Shown here: positions 1 to 10,302 of the stretch, in pieces
Numbering within the stretch: the first letter of the stretch is position 1
Layout: every line of letters begins with the position of its first letter
Source of the DNA: Halobacteriovoraceae bacterium
Lineage (GTDB): Bacteria > Bdellovibrionota > Bacteriovoracia > Bacteriovoracales > Bacteriovoracaceae
DNA length: 64,000 nucleotides
Assembly (NCBI GenBank): GCA_963719505.1
Contig: CAVRCF010000003.1
Coordinates: forward strand, 192,001 to 256,000
Direction: 5' to 3'
Program-made: the position numbers and the translations under genes
Notes under the pieces: model-generated
What the model was told of the DNA's origin: nothing
What the model saw: the letters and a program-made list of their open reading frames with translations, nothing else
The model's database searches: none

Positions 1-3
1 GGA

Positions 4-405
4 TTGCTGGTGTTAGAAGGTGAGCGTTTATCATTTCTCCTCGTTGATATTGGGACTTTCTCTGAGGAAAGACTTTCTAAATTTGAAAGCTTTAGGAAAC
101 TGAAAGATAGTTATAGTAAGCTGTGTAATGGTGAAGTTATCGAGATTGTAAGTTGTGATCTTAATAGTATTCAAGCCAGTTTTCCTTGGTACACTATGAA
201 GGGAGGAGCGACTCTAAGCTTTAAGGGCCTTGATCAAAAATTAAAGTTATCTTTCATGCAACCACAAAATACAAAGTTTCCCACTCATAAACTAGATAGC
301 AGCTTGTTACAAGTAATGGCACTTAGTGAAGGAGTGAGTGACCTCAAGTCAGGAATAGCATTTGGAAAAAAGTTCAAAGATATTATGTCTCACATGAACA
401 CCTAA
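4..405 (+). CDS. Hypothetical protein, 5' end probably outside the window; paralog of the frameshifted gene at 8353-8815
   Basis: Shares FPWY..GGA.L...SF.QPQNTKFP.HK.D.SL.Q.M...EG.SDLK.G..FG with 8353-8815. Confidence 0.75.
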   Translation: MLVLEGERLSFLLVDIGTFSEERLSKFESFRKLKDSYSKLCNGEVIEIVSCDLNSIQASFPWYTMKGGATLSFKGLDQKLKLSFMQPQNTKFPTHKLDSSLLQVMALSEGVSDLKSGIAFGKKFKDIMSHMNT

Positions 406-456
406 ATTTTTCTAGTCTCAGAAAGAAATAAACAAGATCAGAGGCTTGTCGTTTCG
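394..456 (+). repeat. Degenerate copy R1 of the tRNA-Asp-linked junction repeat
   Basis: atgaacacctaaatttttctagtctcagaaagaaataaacaagatcagaggcttgt aligns with atgaactcttgaacctttttaaaccccagaaacaaaaaaacaagctcaaggcttgt (5751). Confidence 0.6.
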
Positions 457-466
457 AATACAAATC

Positions 467-1798
467 TTATACAACTAAGTCACTATCGTTCTCTTCTTCT
501 CTTGATTCATCATGCGTACTTAGTGCAATTCCAAAGGTTAGAATTCCAACTCTACCCATTAACATTAAGATAACAATAAGAACTTTAGCAGTGAAACCAA
601 AGTCTGCAGTGATACCCATTGATATCCCAACAGTTCCAAGAGCTGATGCTGCCTCGAATAAGATTTTTAAAAATTCAATTTCAGGGTGGAGTGCCGTTAG
701 TAAAAACAAAAAGACAAATAAAACAAAAATATAATACGTAAAAGATGCTATTGCTGTGTGAAGTCTTCTCTCTGGTATTTCTCTTTTGCGAAAACGAATC
801 GAGTTTCTCCCTTTTAGTATACTTCTAACAAGGCCTATAAGAGCTGATAAGGTCGTTAGCTTTAACCCCCCACCAGTACCAGATGGAGAGGCTCCAAAAA
901 TCATTGCAAAAGTTAAAATGACTAAGGTCGATTTAGAAAGAGTCCCAATATCCAATGTGTTAAAACCTACAGTGGTTGATGCAGTCATCACTTGAAATAA
1001 AGAACTCAAAAAACGATTGAATGGTGAAAGGCTTTGTATGCCGGGCTCAGAAACAAATATTAGAAACGTTCCGATCACGGTTATCCATAAAGTCATCGAT
1101 AGAATGACTTTACTTGTAAATAAGAGACTTTTTCTTTGACCTCTAAAATTTTGCATAATGTCTGCAAAAACAATAAAGCCTATTGCTCCAAGATAGCTTA
1201 ATAGACTTAAAATAAAATTGACGCTTACAGAGTCTCTATAAGTTACAAATCCGTTTGGAAATAAACTAAAACCAGCTGTACAAAATGCAGAGATACTGTG
1301 AAAAATACTAAGCCATAGTGAATTATCTAAACCTTCTGAAGAAAATACAAAGTATAGCCAACACGCACCAATGAGCTCACTTACAAAAGTAAAAAGGATG
1401 ACATTTTTAAGAAAGTCACCAATTTCAAATCCCTCTGGTAGTGAGAAAGCAGACTTTGAGATTGCCTCTCTCGTTCGGGTGAGTCTAGATCCAATTGACA
1501 GAGCTACAAAAGAGCTAAAAGTCATATATCCAAGCCCTCCAGCTTGAAAGAGCAGGAGAACGATCAATTGTCCCCAAAAATTATAGCTAGAAGCTACATC
1601 AATAGTAACCAAACCAGTTGTTGAAACTGCAGAAGTTGCGATAAACAAATTATCAATACCATTAACTTCAGTATTTTGAAAAAATGGGGTGGAGAGAGCA
1701 ATCCAACCAATGATTATATAAGAAAGGTAACCAATAAAGATTGCTTTCGCTGGCTGACTTTTCACGAAAAGATAAATAATTGCAGAAATGCGATTCAT
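467..1798 (-). CDS. Trk/Ktr-family potassium uptake membrane subunit (TrkH/KtrB)
   Basis: Multi-TM protein with four pore-loop motifs: STTGL, FCTAGF, TTVGF, LGTVG; also GASPSGTGGG. Confidence 0.92.
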   Translation of the reverse strand: MNRISAIIYLFVKSQPAKAIFIGYLSYIIIGWIALSTPFFQNTEVNGIDNLFIATSAVSTTGLVTIDVASSYNFWGQLIVLLLFQAGGLGYMTFSSFVALSIGSRLTRTREAISKSAFSLPEGFEIGDFLKNVILFTFVSELIGACWLYFVFSSEGLDNSLWLSIFHSISAFCTAGFSLFPNGFVTYRDSVSVNFILSLLSYLGAIGFIVFADIMQNFRGQRKSLLFTSKVILSMTLWITVIGTFLIFVSEPGIQSLSPFNRFLSSLFQVMTASTTVGFNTLDIGTLSKSTLVILTFAMIFGASPSGTGGGLKLTTLSALIGLVRSILKGRNSIRFRKREIPERRLHTAIASFTYYIFVLFVFLFLLTALHPEIEFLKILFEAASALGTVGISMGITADFGFTAKVLIVILMLMGRVGILTFGIALSTHDESREEENDSDLVV

Positions 1799-1867
1799 AA
1801 TAAAACCTATTTTTTTTGATCTTAATTTTAGTTGTGATAATTAAGAATGACTACTTTTTTCAAATAA

Positions 1868-1960
1868 ATCCTCGATCCTTTTCAAACCTCAAAAAAAATA
1901 CAAACGAAGGAGGCTAGTCATTTTGTTATTATAAACCGCCCAAAAAAGGGGCGAAAGTGC
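1868..1960 (+). repeat. Degenerate copy R2 of the junction repeat
   Basis: ctcgatccttttcaaacctcaaaaa...gcccaaaaaaggggcgaaagtg is colinear with the 20759 and 25995 copies. Confidence 0.7.
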
Positions 1961-2247
1961 TCGCTAAAAACAACTGATCCCTAAATTTGTATCCCGAGTT
2001 ATATGTGCCCATAATCATTAAGCTTTAGTCTAGTAGCCGACAGGTTTAGTCATCGCTCCTCGATAAGAAGGACTTAAAACAATGGCTCTCTCCACGTCAA
2101 AAATTGGCTCTCATTAAAAACAAGAAACCTGTAGAGGTAAGAGCGAGCTTCAGGGAAATCTGAATAATATTGAGCTTTTCTCTTTATTTAAAAAATAGTA
2201 TCGTTTTTTACGTCAATAATTAAATTGTCACAGGATATGGTTGTATT

Positions 2248-3654
2248 ATGAAACAAGATTTTTTTAAACAAGTAGAGTTAAACTTTGATGAGGCTGCAAA
2301 ATATTTAAACAGCTCTAAAGATATCCTAAATCAAATAAAAGCAACTAATACAATTATTACCTTGAAATTTCCAATTAAGCGAGATGACGGATCTGTAGAG
2401 GTCATTCAAGCGTGGAGAGCACAACATAGTTATCACCGAGCTCCATGTAAAGGGGGAATTCGTTATGCCGCCATTGCAAATGAAGATGAAGTGAAAGCGC
2501 TTGCGGCTCTCATGAGTTATAAATGTGCCGTTGTGGATGTTCCATTTGGTGGAGCGAAAGGTGCTGTTAAAATTAATACGAAAGACTATTCTGAAGCAGA
2601 GCTAGAGCGCATAACGAGAAGACTGACTTTTGAACTTTATAATAGAAATTTTATTGGTCCAGGCATTGATGTTCCGGCACCTGATTACGGATCTGGTCCT
2701 AGAGAAATGGCTTGGATAGCAGATACGTTTAGGTCTCTATCAAATGACATCAATGGCTTAGGATGTGTAACTGGAAAGCCTGTATCCCAAGGTGGTATTA
2801 GAGGAAGAAACGAAGCAACTGGTATGGGGGTGGCTTTTGGACTACGCGAATTTTGTGAATCTGAAGAGTACTTAGGTAAATTAGGTTTACCTATTGGAAT
2901 AAGTGGCAAGAAAGTTGCCATTCAGGGATTCGGTAACGTCGGTTATCACAGTGCTTTCTATTTGGAACAGATGGGAGCTAAAATTGTGGCGATTTCTGAG
3001 TACGAGGGAATCATTGAAAATCCAGAAGGATTAAATATTGTTGAATTGCTAGCTCATCGTAAAGAAAATAAGTCTTTTAAAGGTTACAAAGGTGGAACGT
3101 TTTCAACTGATACGAATAAAATCTTCTCTTTCGATTGTGATATTCTTATCCCAGCGGCTTTAGAGTCACAAATCACCACGGAAAATTATAATGATGTAAA
3201 AGCTCAAATTATTGCAGAGGCTGCAAATGGACCTGTAACTTTTGATGCAAGTAAGAAGCTTTTTGAAAAAGGAGTCGTTGTTATTCCAGATATTTATTTA
3301 AATGCTGGTGGGGTAACAGTTTCTTACTTTGAATGGATAAAGAATTTATCACATATTAGGTTTGGAAGAATTGAAAGTCGAAATGATCAGACTAGCTACA
3401 AAAACATCGTCAACATGGTTTCAGAGATGACGGGTAAGAAAGTTGATAAGAGTATCATCGAGAAGTTTTCAACTAAAGGTGATGAAGCTTCATTGGTTGC
3501 TTCTGGACTTGAAGAAACAATGATAACTGCTTTACAGGACCTTCTTTTAATAGCGAAAGAACACAAATACGAAATTGATCTAAGAACTGCTGCGTTCATT
3601 TGTGCTATAAAGAAAATTTCTCTTTGCTATGAAGAAAGTGGAATCTTTCCTTAA
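2248..3654 (+). CDS. gdhA: Glu/Leu/Phe/Val dehydrogenase family, glutamate dehydrogenase
   Basis: PCKGGIRY, VPFGGAKG, DVPAPD, GFGNVG, EAANGP and NAGGVTVSYFEW motifs. Confidence 0.95.
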   Translation: MKQDFFKQVELNFDEAAKYLNSSKDILNQIKATNTIITLKFPIKRDDGSVEVIQAWRAQHSYHRAPCKGGIRYAAIANEDEVKALAALMSYKCAVVDVPFGGAKGAVKINTKDYSEAELERITRRLTFELYNRNFIGPGIDVPAPDYGSGPREMAWIADTFRSLSNDINGLGCVTGKPVSQGGIRGRNEATGMGVAFGLREFCESEEYLGKLGLPIGISGKKVAIQGFGNVGYHSAFYLEQMGAKIVAISEYEGIIENPEGLNIVELLAHRKENKSFKGYKGGTFSTDTNKIFSFDCDILIPAALESQITTENYNDVKAQIIAEAANGPVTFDASKKLFEKGVVVIPDIYLNAGGVTVSYFEWIKNLSHIRFGRIESRNDQTSYKNIVNMVSEMTGKKVDKSIIEKFSTKGDEASLVASGLEETMITALQDLLLIAKEHKYEIDLRTAAFICAIKKISLCYEESGIFP

Positions 3655-3730
3655 AATCAAATGATAATGAATCTCATTCATCAATATGGCTCAGATTTTT
3701 TCATTTTTTTACAAGATGTCTGAGTCAGTA

Positions 3731-3820
3731 ATGACATATAAACTATCAATTTCTAAAGATGAAATAAATCAACTGCCCTCGTTTTGATTTCAATGGAAAT
3801 TCTCACCATCAAACGACTAG
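3731..3820 (+). pseudogene. Possible N-terminal remnant of a 3'-5' exonuclease-family gene
   Basis: MTYKLSISKDEINQLP then a frame-broken RFDFNG; resembles the N-terminus of that family from memory; very short. Confidence 0.3.
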
Positions 3821-3910
3821 ACCCGGTGACGCTCTTCGATTACTTTAATAATTTAGCATCACAAAGTGCGAAATAATTTTCTAGATCCAATTTACTTTGA
3901 ATTTAATTGG

Positions 3911-4030
3911 GCACGAACTCTTGGACCTTCTCAAACCCCAGAAACAAAAAAGCTGGGAAGCTTGTAATTTGAGTAATCTAAATGTCCAAGAAAGGGTTCT
4001 GAAATGGCGAGAGCGGCTCAACTTAAACCT
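3911..4030 (+). repeat. Full junction repeat R3 (hairpin arm, tRNA-Asp 3' end remnant, conserved right arm)
   Basis: gcacgaactcttggaccttctcaaaccccagaaacaaaaaagc...aaagggttctgaaatggcgagagcggctcaacttaaacc. Confidence 0.9.
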
Positions 4031-4229
4031 ACTTAATATTATATACTACTAATTAGATCGGCTATTGCCGCTTTTAACTTTTTAACTATTGTTAGACTAT
4101 TAAAAAACGCTTCTAAACTAAATTATACATATTAAAAGTTAAGTTTGAAGAATATGATAAAATTAATCCTGCGGACGAGTTAAAATTTTTGTATTTATTA
4201 ATAATGTTTAGAAAACGGAGAACTCTAAA

Positions 4230-5693
4230 ATGAGCAATTTCTTTATTTATTTAACAATGTTTCTTTTAAGTATTAGTCTGATTTCATGCTCATCTGGCCC
4301 AACTAGTGGTGGTTACTTTCCTCAGGGGAAACCATTCAATATCGAGGGAACTGTATTTGAATATAGATACACAAAAGATAGCAAGTATGGGCTTACTATC
4401 GAATATTCTAATACTTGGGAACTTGAACCTATTTACTCTTCGATTAAAATCTTAAGTAAAAATGTTATACTCGTTTTAGAAACTGGAGCTAAATTTTATA
4501 AGCATTACAACTATAATACAAAAGAAATGAAAGAGACTGAAATTACCAAGGTTTATGTACCTGCTAATGAAGGCGAAAATGGTGCAGGCAGGGCAGTTTA
4601 TGTTGTTGTCAAAAAAGACTCATCTCACCATTTAGTTACTGATAAGCAAAACTTGAGTTTATTTGAATTAAAAGATCTTGATACCACAGACTCAAATTTA
4701 TTAGTGACGCAAACTCCTTTTGGTGATTTATTTATTCGTAAAAAAATTAATGATAGAAAATTTTACCAAGGAGTTTCAGCCAAAGGCGAGCTGACATCTT
4801 CTACATTCCCGGCGGATAAAGTTCACTTCATGATGAATGAAAGCACAATTAAAAAAGTCACACAATACCTGATACCGCTATTAACAATTGATGAATCGAG
4901 AGAGTTATACTGGCCAATTATCTTCTATTTCAATAATAACAAAGAATATTTAATTGAGAAGCCTGATCACATTCAGGGAGCTTACGTTGATTTTAATTTA
5001 AATGTATACAATCCTAGTTACAAAAAAAATCTATTTAATTTACCAACGAGTAGTGTGTTTTTCATTGTTTACTCTGGGCAGAACGGAAACAGTGCGTTTG
5101 AAAAAAGCTTTGTTATGCAAGACCTAGGTAGTTTTTCAGAAATGAAAAAAGTGCTTACAGACAAACCTAATAATATTAATGGTCTAAATCTGATTAGCAT
5201 ATTACCCGGAAAAGATAGTACTGGTAAAGGAGTTGTTTTTAATAATACTTTTCCTATTCTAAAAAATGAAGAAGGTAAGTATACTATTAAATCGCGTTTT
5301 GGAAGCTATAATGCAAACAATAGAGAATTTGATACACTTGACCAGGTTAGAAATCATTTAAATGAGAGAAGTTTAAATATTAATTCTGTCTCTACGAAAA
5401 TGTATGCTGATAACAAGAAAGAAGAGGCAAATAGAAGAGCAGTTAGTGATGCCACAGATAAAAGGATCAAAGATTGGCAGGATAAATTAAATGCCTCAGA
5501 CCTGGCAATTAAACAGGCTAATGAGCAAGCACAAAAAGATGAGAAAAATCGCGCCTGGAAAAGTGTCGGAGATCAAATTCAAAATGCTGGAGATAAAGCA
5601 AAGGTCAAAGGGGACTGTATCAGAAAAAGAACTCAGACCAAAAAAGATTACTTAGACAAGAAACAGGGATGGTATGAGACAGGTGGTTGTTAG
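4230..5693 (+). CDS. Lipoprotein with conserved C-terminal coiled-coil/Cys tail; paralog of 8815-10302
   Basis: Lipobox-like LISC after a hydrophobic N-terminus; C-terminus VGDQIQ..TQTKKDYLDKKQGWYETGGC is shared with 8815-10302. Confidence 0.85.
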   Translation: MSNFFIYLTMFLLSISLISCSSGPTSGGYFPQGKPFNIEGTVFEYRYTKDSKYGLTIEYSNTWELEPIYSSIKILSKNVILVLETGAKFYKHYNYNTKEMKETEITKVYVPANEGENGAGRAVYVVVKKDSSHHLVTDKQNLSLFELKDLDTTDSNLLVTQTPFGDLFIRKKINDRKFYQGVSAKGELTSSTFPADKVHFMMNESTIKKVTQYLIPLLTIDESRELYWPIIFYFNNNKEYLIEKPDHIQGAYVDFNLNVYNPSYKKNLFNLPTSSVFFIVYSGQNGNSAFEKSFVMQDLGSFSEMKKVLTDKPNNINGLNLISILPGKDSTGKGVVFNNTFPILKNEEGKYTIKSRFGSYNANNREFDTLDQVRNHLNERSLNINSVSTKMYADNKKEEANRRAVSDATDKRIKDWQDKLNASDLAIKQANEQAQKDEKNRAWKSVGDQIQNAGDKAKVKGDCIRKRTQTKKDYLDKKQGWYETGGC

Positions 5694-5750
5694 TTAGATT
5701 CTCCAGACTTTATGATATTTACCTAGTTATCACTTTTTAATTTGGTTAGT

Positions 5751-5869
5751 ATGAACTCTTGAACCTTTTTAAACCCCAGAAACAAAAAAACAAGCTCAAG
5801 GCTTGTAATTTTGGTAATCTGAATGCCTTAAAAGGGTTCGGAGATGGGGGGAGCGGCTTCACTTGAGCC
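5751..5869 (+). repeat. Full junction repeat R4
   Basis: Very similar to 25995-26101 through the tRNA 3' end remnant (tgggg..gagcg), then gcttcacttgagcc. Confidence 0.92.
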
Positions 5870-5971
5870 AATTTTCAAATGTTTAGATGTCTCAACTATG
5901 TCAATTCCTTGCAGTTAATCTTACAAGACCAAATAAGTTCTAGTGTGTAAATTAGTGAATTTTATTTACTG

Positions 5972-5992
5972 CTGTATCGAATAGTGATACAG
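5972..5992. promoter_or_regulatory. Candidate HigA operator palindrome
   Basis: ctgtatc-N7-gatacag inverted repeat just upstream of higB. Confidence 0.5.
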
Positions 5993-6014
5993 TGATAAGG
6001 CAGATGGAGTTATT

Positions 6015-6305
6015 TTGATTATTAATTTTCAAGGAAAGATAGCCAAAGACATATGGGTGACGAATACCTCCAAGTCTTTACCAAGAGAATTATGGATACG
6101 TGCCAAAGCCTTACTGACAATTATACATGCAACAAGAGACTTGGATGATTTAAAAATTAAAGGACAACCACCCAATATTCGTCTTCATAAACTAAAAGGC
6201 GATCGAAAAGAATATTGGAGCATAACAATAAAATTACCTTGGTGTATTACGTTCAAGTTTAAAAATGGTGAATTTACCGAGGTTAAGATAGAAAACTATC
6301 ATTAA
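6015..6305 (+). CDS. higB: HigB-like toxin (RelE/ParE superfamily)
   Basis: RLHKLKGDRKEYWSI..W.I.FKF......V.I.NYH pattern; toxin-first gene order. Confidence 0.88.
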   Translation: MIINFQGKIAKDIWVTNTSKSLPRELWIRAKALLTIIHATRDLDDLKIKGQPPNIRLHKLKGDRKEYWSITIKLPWCITFKFKNGEFTEVKIENYH

Positions 6306-6309
6306 GAAA

Positions 6310-6585
6310 GTGAGGTCTATTATGATTACTAATCCTATGCCAATGCACCCAGGTGAAGTTTTATCTTCTATTTATATGAGTGAAATGGGTCTTACTCAGG
6401 TTGGACTTGCTAAGCTCTGCAAATGTACGAGTGCAAAAGTAAACGAGATTGTTAATAAGAAACGCGGTATCACAGCAGCTTTTGCAATAACACTAGAGAC
6501 TGTCCTTGGTACAAGTGCAGAGATGTGGGTGAGAATGCAAGCAGAGTATGACCTTTGGGAAGCTAGGCAGAAGTTGGCTTCTTGA
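6310..6585 (+). CDS. higA: HigA antitoxin (XRE HTH)
   Basis: HPGEVL...LTQ..LA...EIVN.KRGIT...W..MQ.EYDL. Confidence 0.92.
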   Translation: MRSIMITNPMPMHPGEVLSSIYMSEMGLTQVGLAKLCKCTSAKVNEIVNKKRGITAAFAITLETVLGTSAEMWVRMQAEYDLWEARQKLAS

Positions 6586-6849
6586 TGGATGGTACTTTTA
6601 TGTCTTAGAATTGGGTATTTAAGAGCCAAATTATATGGCCCTTATTGATTGACTTGATTATTTGTTTAGATCAACTCGATATATACACGAATGGTTACCA
6701 TTAGAATTTAGTAATTTTTCAACCATTTCAAACTGATAAGTTTCATTAATTTTTTTAATAGATACAATATGCCTTGCAATTAAATTAGGTGTTTGAGTTC
6801 CTAGTTCATTTGATGCAAAAGAAGTGCTTCCAGTTATTTTTGCATAATT

Positions 6850-8088
6850 TGGAAGTAACACGAATTGCGTTTACAACACCTGACTAAATATTGCCGGTAA
6901 TATTTGAGTCATGCGTTCTCAGTTAAAATTGTAGTAACCACAAAACAATTTTTAACAAAAGGAAAACACATGACTCAACAACAGTATCTCATTAATCGTA
7001 AGCTCAACATAGTTGAATTTGCAGACACTTTAAAAAATATTACAAAAGCATGCAAAAGACTTGGTGTAAGCCGACAGCATTACTACGATATTAAAACTGC
7101 CATACAAGAAGACGGACTTGAAGGCCTTATAGAAAAGTCTAGAAGAGGTCCAAGAGTTGGAAACAGGTGCGCTCCAGAAGTCGAGAAAGCTGTTCTAGAC
7201 TATTCTTTACAGTATCCTACCCATGGACAAGTTCGAGTTTCGAATGAGCTTAAAAGAAAAAGCAATATTGCTATTAGCGCTGGCGGAATTCGCTCAATCT
7301 GGCTCAGGCATGACTTACAAGTAAAACATCTAAGGTTAAAACGTCTAGAGAAATGGTCGGCTCAGGAGAATAATATTTTAACTGAGTCTCAAGTCCAAGC
7401 ACTCGAAGAGAGAAAGCAAGAGAAAGAAGCTCATGGCGAAGTAGAGACTCATCACTCTGGATTTCTATTCGCCCAAGATACTTACTACGTTGGCTACATT
7501 AAAGGTGTTGGAAAAATTTATCAGCAAACAGGAATTGATACCTATTCTAATGTGGGGTTTGCAAAACTCTATCTGGATAAAAGTCAAACTGTTGCGGCAG
7601 ATTTTTTAAACAGCAAAGTACTTCCATTCTTCGACGAACACAGGATCTCAGTTCTTAGGATTTTGACAGACAATGGACGAGAATATTGTGGTCACAAAGA
7701 TGCGCATCACTATCAATTATTCATGCACTTGAATGATATAGAACATAGTCGAACAAAAGTAAGACATCCTCAAACGAATGGATCAGTAGAGAAATTAAAT
7801 CAAATCATCCAAAATGAATTTTATAGTGTTGCATTTAGAAAGAAGCTTTATACGAGCCTAGAAGGACTGCAGGATGATCTTGATTTTTACATGAAGGATT
7901 ACAACTTCGACAGAACAAATCAAGGAAAGAGGTGCAAAGGAAGAACTCCTTATGAAACATTTTCAGAAGGAGTAAAATTGTATAAAGAAATGGTTTTTGA
8001 CACCGAGGTAGAAAGTAGCGAAATAGATTTACAATAGTTTTATATTTTGACTGAGAGCGTTTTGTAAACGCAAGTCGTGACTACTGCA
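6850..8088 (+). mobile_element. IS481-family insertion sequence with 7-bp target duplication
   Basis: Imperfect 27-bp terminal IRs (..cacgaattgcgtttacaa / ttgtaaacgcaagtcgtg..); cataatt at 6843-6849 and 8089-8095. Confidence 0.9.
6970..8037 (+). CDS. IS481-family DDE transposase
   Basis: N-terminal HTH; QDTYYVG, LTDNGREYCG and PQTNGSVE rve motifs. Confidence 0.93.
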   Translation: MTQQQYLINRKLNIVEFADTLKNITKACKRLGVSRQHYYDIKTAIQEDGLEGLIEKSRRGPRVGNRCAPEVEKAVLDYSLQYPTHGQVRVSNELKRKSNIAISAGGIRSIWLRHDLQVKHLRLKRLEKWSAQENNILTESQVQALEERKQEKEAHGEVETHHSGFLFAQDTYYVGYIKGVGKIYQQTGIDTYSNVGFAKLYLDKSQTVAADFLNSKVLPFFDEHRISVLRILTDNGREYCGHKDAHHYQLFMHLNDIEHSRTKVRHPQTNGSVEKLNQIIQNEFYSVAFRKKLYTSLEGLQDDLDFYMKDYNFDRTNQGKRCKGRTPYETFSEGVKLYKEMVFDTEVESSEIDLQ

Positions 8089-8309
8089 CATAATTAACAA
8101 TATCCTTAGGATTAAAAACACCAAGTTCATTTCTGTAGCCCATTATAGGATGTGGGCAGAAGTATCTAGCAGAAGGTTGCAAACGGAGGGTTGAGAACTT
8201 CACTATAGATTGATTTGCTAAACTTCTACGGTGGTCACTTGGTACAGGTATGGTCTGCTAGCAAACTAATTTTTTTATTTGGTTTTTAAAGTATGCACGA
8301 GTAGAGATT

Positions 8310-8336
8310 TTTCTTTTGAACCTCTTTCTAGTCTCT
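8310..8336 (+). repeat. Short fragment R5 of the junction repeat
   Basis: ttgaacctctttc is identical to 10559-10571; tttctagtctc is shared with R1. Confidence 0.45.
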
Positions 8337-8352
8337 ATTCTAACCAAAAAGC

Positions 8353-8815
8353 TTACTTTCCTAGTATTGTTTTAAGTTTATTCCCAAATTCTCTTCCTGC
8401 TTTCAAATCACTTATGCCTTCATTAATGGACATTAATTGAATCAATGAATTATCAATCTTGTGATAGGGGAATTTAGTATTTTGAGGTTGTACAAAGGAG
8501 AAGCGCACAGGCTTTGCTAGACCTCCAATATTAAGCACTGCACCTCCCATAAAGAAGTACCATGGAAATTTAGCTTTAATATTTTGCTTTGACCCCCAAT
8601 TCAGTATTGATTAATTGGACCGGTTCTTCTTTTTTCAGAAAGTCGATACTACTCTCTGTATTACTGTAGGCTTCTAAATCTAAAAGCTTTTTCTCACTAA
8701 ATGTTCCTCGCCCAACAAGAGAAAAAGAAAACATACTGTTATCAATTTCAATATACCCTGGTGCGCTGTGAAATATCCCATCTAATAACCACGTTTTATG
8801 AACTATATTTCTCAT
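8353..8815 (-). pseudogene. Small partner protein, frameshifted near 8590; paralog of 4-405
   Basis: Two ORFs (8576-8815, 8353-8550) join via QNIKAKFPWYFFMGG in an alternate frame near a G5 run; start overlaps the lipoprotein stop. Confidence 0.75.
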
Positions 8816-10302
8816 TATTTACAGCCACCAGTTTCGTACCAACCTTGTTTTTTCGCTAAGTAATCTTTTTTGGTTTGAGTTTGTTTATTTATGCACTTTG
8901 CTTTTTTATTTGCAGCGGCACCTGCTTTTTGAATTTGATCTCCAACTCGGCTCCACACAGCATTTTTTTCATCTTCTCTTGCTTTTTCTTCAGCAATCTT
9001 CTGTGCTTCACGGTTTTTATATTTTTTCTCTTCGGCGTTTAGAATATCAATCCTTCTTTTTTCTCGCTCAGTTACGGCAGTACGCTCTTTTGTAATTTTG
9101 CTGAAATAAGAATTTTTATTTTGAGTTGCTATCGATTTATAGTTTTGAATCCGATAATTTATGGCTGCACGAGCCTCAGGCCTACTATCAAATGCTATAG
9201 CTAATTCTCCATCAAGAGATTGATTAGGTCTAGCAGCATAGACATGTTTTTCATTATCGTTTTTATAAATAACATATGCTCTATTGAATGTTGCACCGCC
9301 AGTAGTAATATCTATGCCATTTATTACTTCATAATCTGTCGCAGTATTAGTATTTGTAAACGTATTTTTTATAGCGTTGAGTATTCCACTATTAGTATCT
9401 AAGCTACCAGGGTTTATACTTACAAATTCTTTTCCGTCTTTTAAGGCTAAAATATCAAAGTTAGAGAAATAAGGGATCTTGTAAAAATCATTTTGTTTTG
9501 TCTCTGGATAAGCCCAGTGTTGTAATGAATTGTCGATAAATCCAAGAACACCTTCTGGTCTTTTAGCGATATCTCCTCTTTGATTAAAAAGTATCGGCCA
9601 ATACAGATTTCTCTCTTTATTAACAATTCTAAAAGGGATAATGAATGTTCTTTTATGGTCACCGTTATAGTAAGTACGTAAAACAACTTCATTTGCAGGG
9701 ATAGGCTCTAGATCTAGGAGTTTTCCTTCTATATCGTATCTTTTGTAGTATTTTTTATCACCCTCTTTATGTCTTACTAGAAATCCATAATAAAATCCTG
9801 GAAGGACTGCATCGAATAGCTCTCTATCGTCAAAAAAATTTCTAATCGGTTCGTCTAGATTACTGAACTTATTAGGGTAAAGCCTACCTGTTTTCGAGTT
9901 AATAGGATAAACGTCCCCATTTGATTTCTGTGCAAGACCTAGCCAATTTAAATGGCTATCTCTTTTTCCCCCTCTCTTTGGGTACCAAATTTTTTTAATA
10001 TCAGTATCAGCGTGAGAATTAGTCTTAATGTTGAAAACTTCGAAAGTATCAGAATTATTTTTTCTTAGATAAATGACTTCGTCGCTAAACGATCTAATAT
10101 TCGCGTATTTGGGCGGTATAACCCAACTCTTAGAACCTCGTTTAACCATTCCCATATAAATTCCAGAGGTCGTATCTTTCTCCCAGCAATAGCTATATTT
10201 TTGTCCGCCTAAAGTCGCAACTCCATTACAAGTATAACTTTCACGAAAACTTGCACAGGAATTAAATATTAAGATAATAAGAGCAATTAAAAATAGTTTC
10301 AT
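8815..10302 (-). CDS. Lipoprotein; paralog of 4230-5693
   Basis: Lipobox-like FNSC; LYWPI.F and the C-terminal KKQGWYETGGC are shared. Confidence 0.85.
   Translation of the reverse strand: MKLFLIALIILIFNSCASFRESYTCNGVATLGGQKYSYCWEKDTTSGIYMGMVKRGSKSWVIPPKYANIRSFSDEVIYLRKNNSDTFEVFNIKTNSHADTDIKKIWYPKRGGKRDSHLNWLGLAQKSNGDVYPINSKTGRLYPNKFSNLDEPIRNFFDDRELFDAVLPGFYYGFLVRHKEGDKKYYKRYDIEGKLLDLEPIPANEVVLRTYYNGDHKRTFIIPFRIVNKERNLYWPILFNQRGDIAKRPEGVLGFIDNSLQHWAYPETKQNDFYKIPYFSNFDILALKDGKEFVSINPGSLDTNSGILNAIKNTFTNTNTATDYEVINGIDITTGGATFNRAYVIYKNDNEKHVYAARPNQSLDGELAIAFDSRPEARAAINYRIQNYKSIATQNKNSYFSKITKERTAVTEREKRRIDILNAEEKKYKNREAQKIAEEKAREDEKNAVWSRVGDQIQKAGAAANKKAKCINKQTQTKKDYLAKKQGWYETGGCK

Larger units (their letters stand above)
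6658..8257 (-). pseudogene. Hypothetical gene interrupted by IS481
   Basis: Removing the IS and one cataatt copy joins ...GVFNPKDIVNY to AKITGSTSF... in one frame. Confidence 0.5.

Noticed and set aside
3911-4050. Repeat read as the coding tail of a large serine recombinase
   Set aside because: The frame is open in R3 but not preserved in the other copies, and no recombinase body lies upstream. It cannot be supported here, although an ancestral origin is not excluded.
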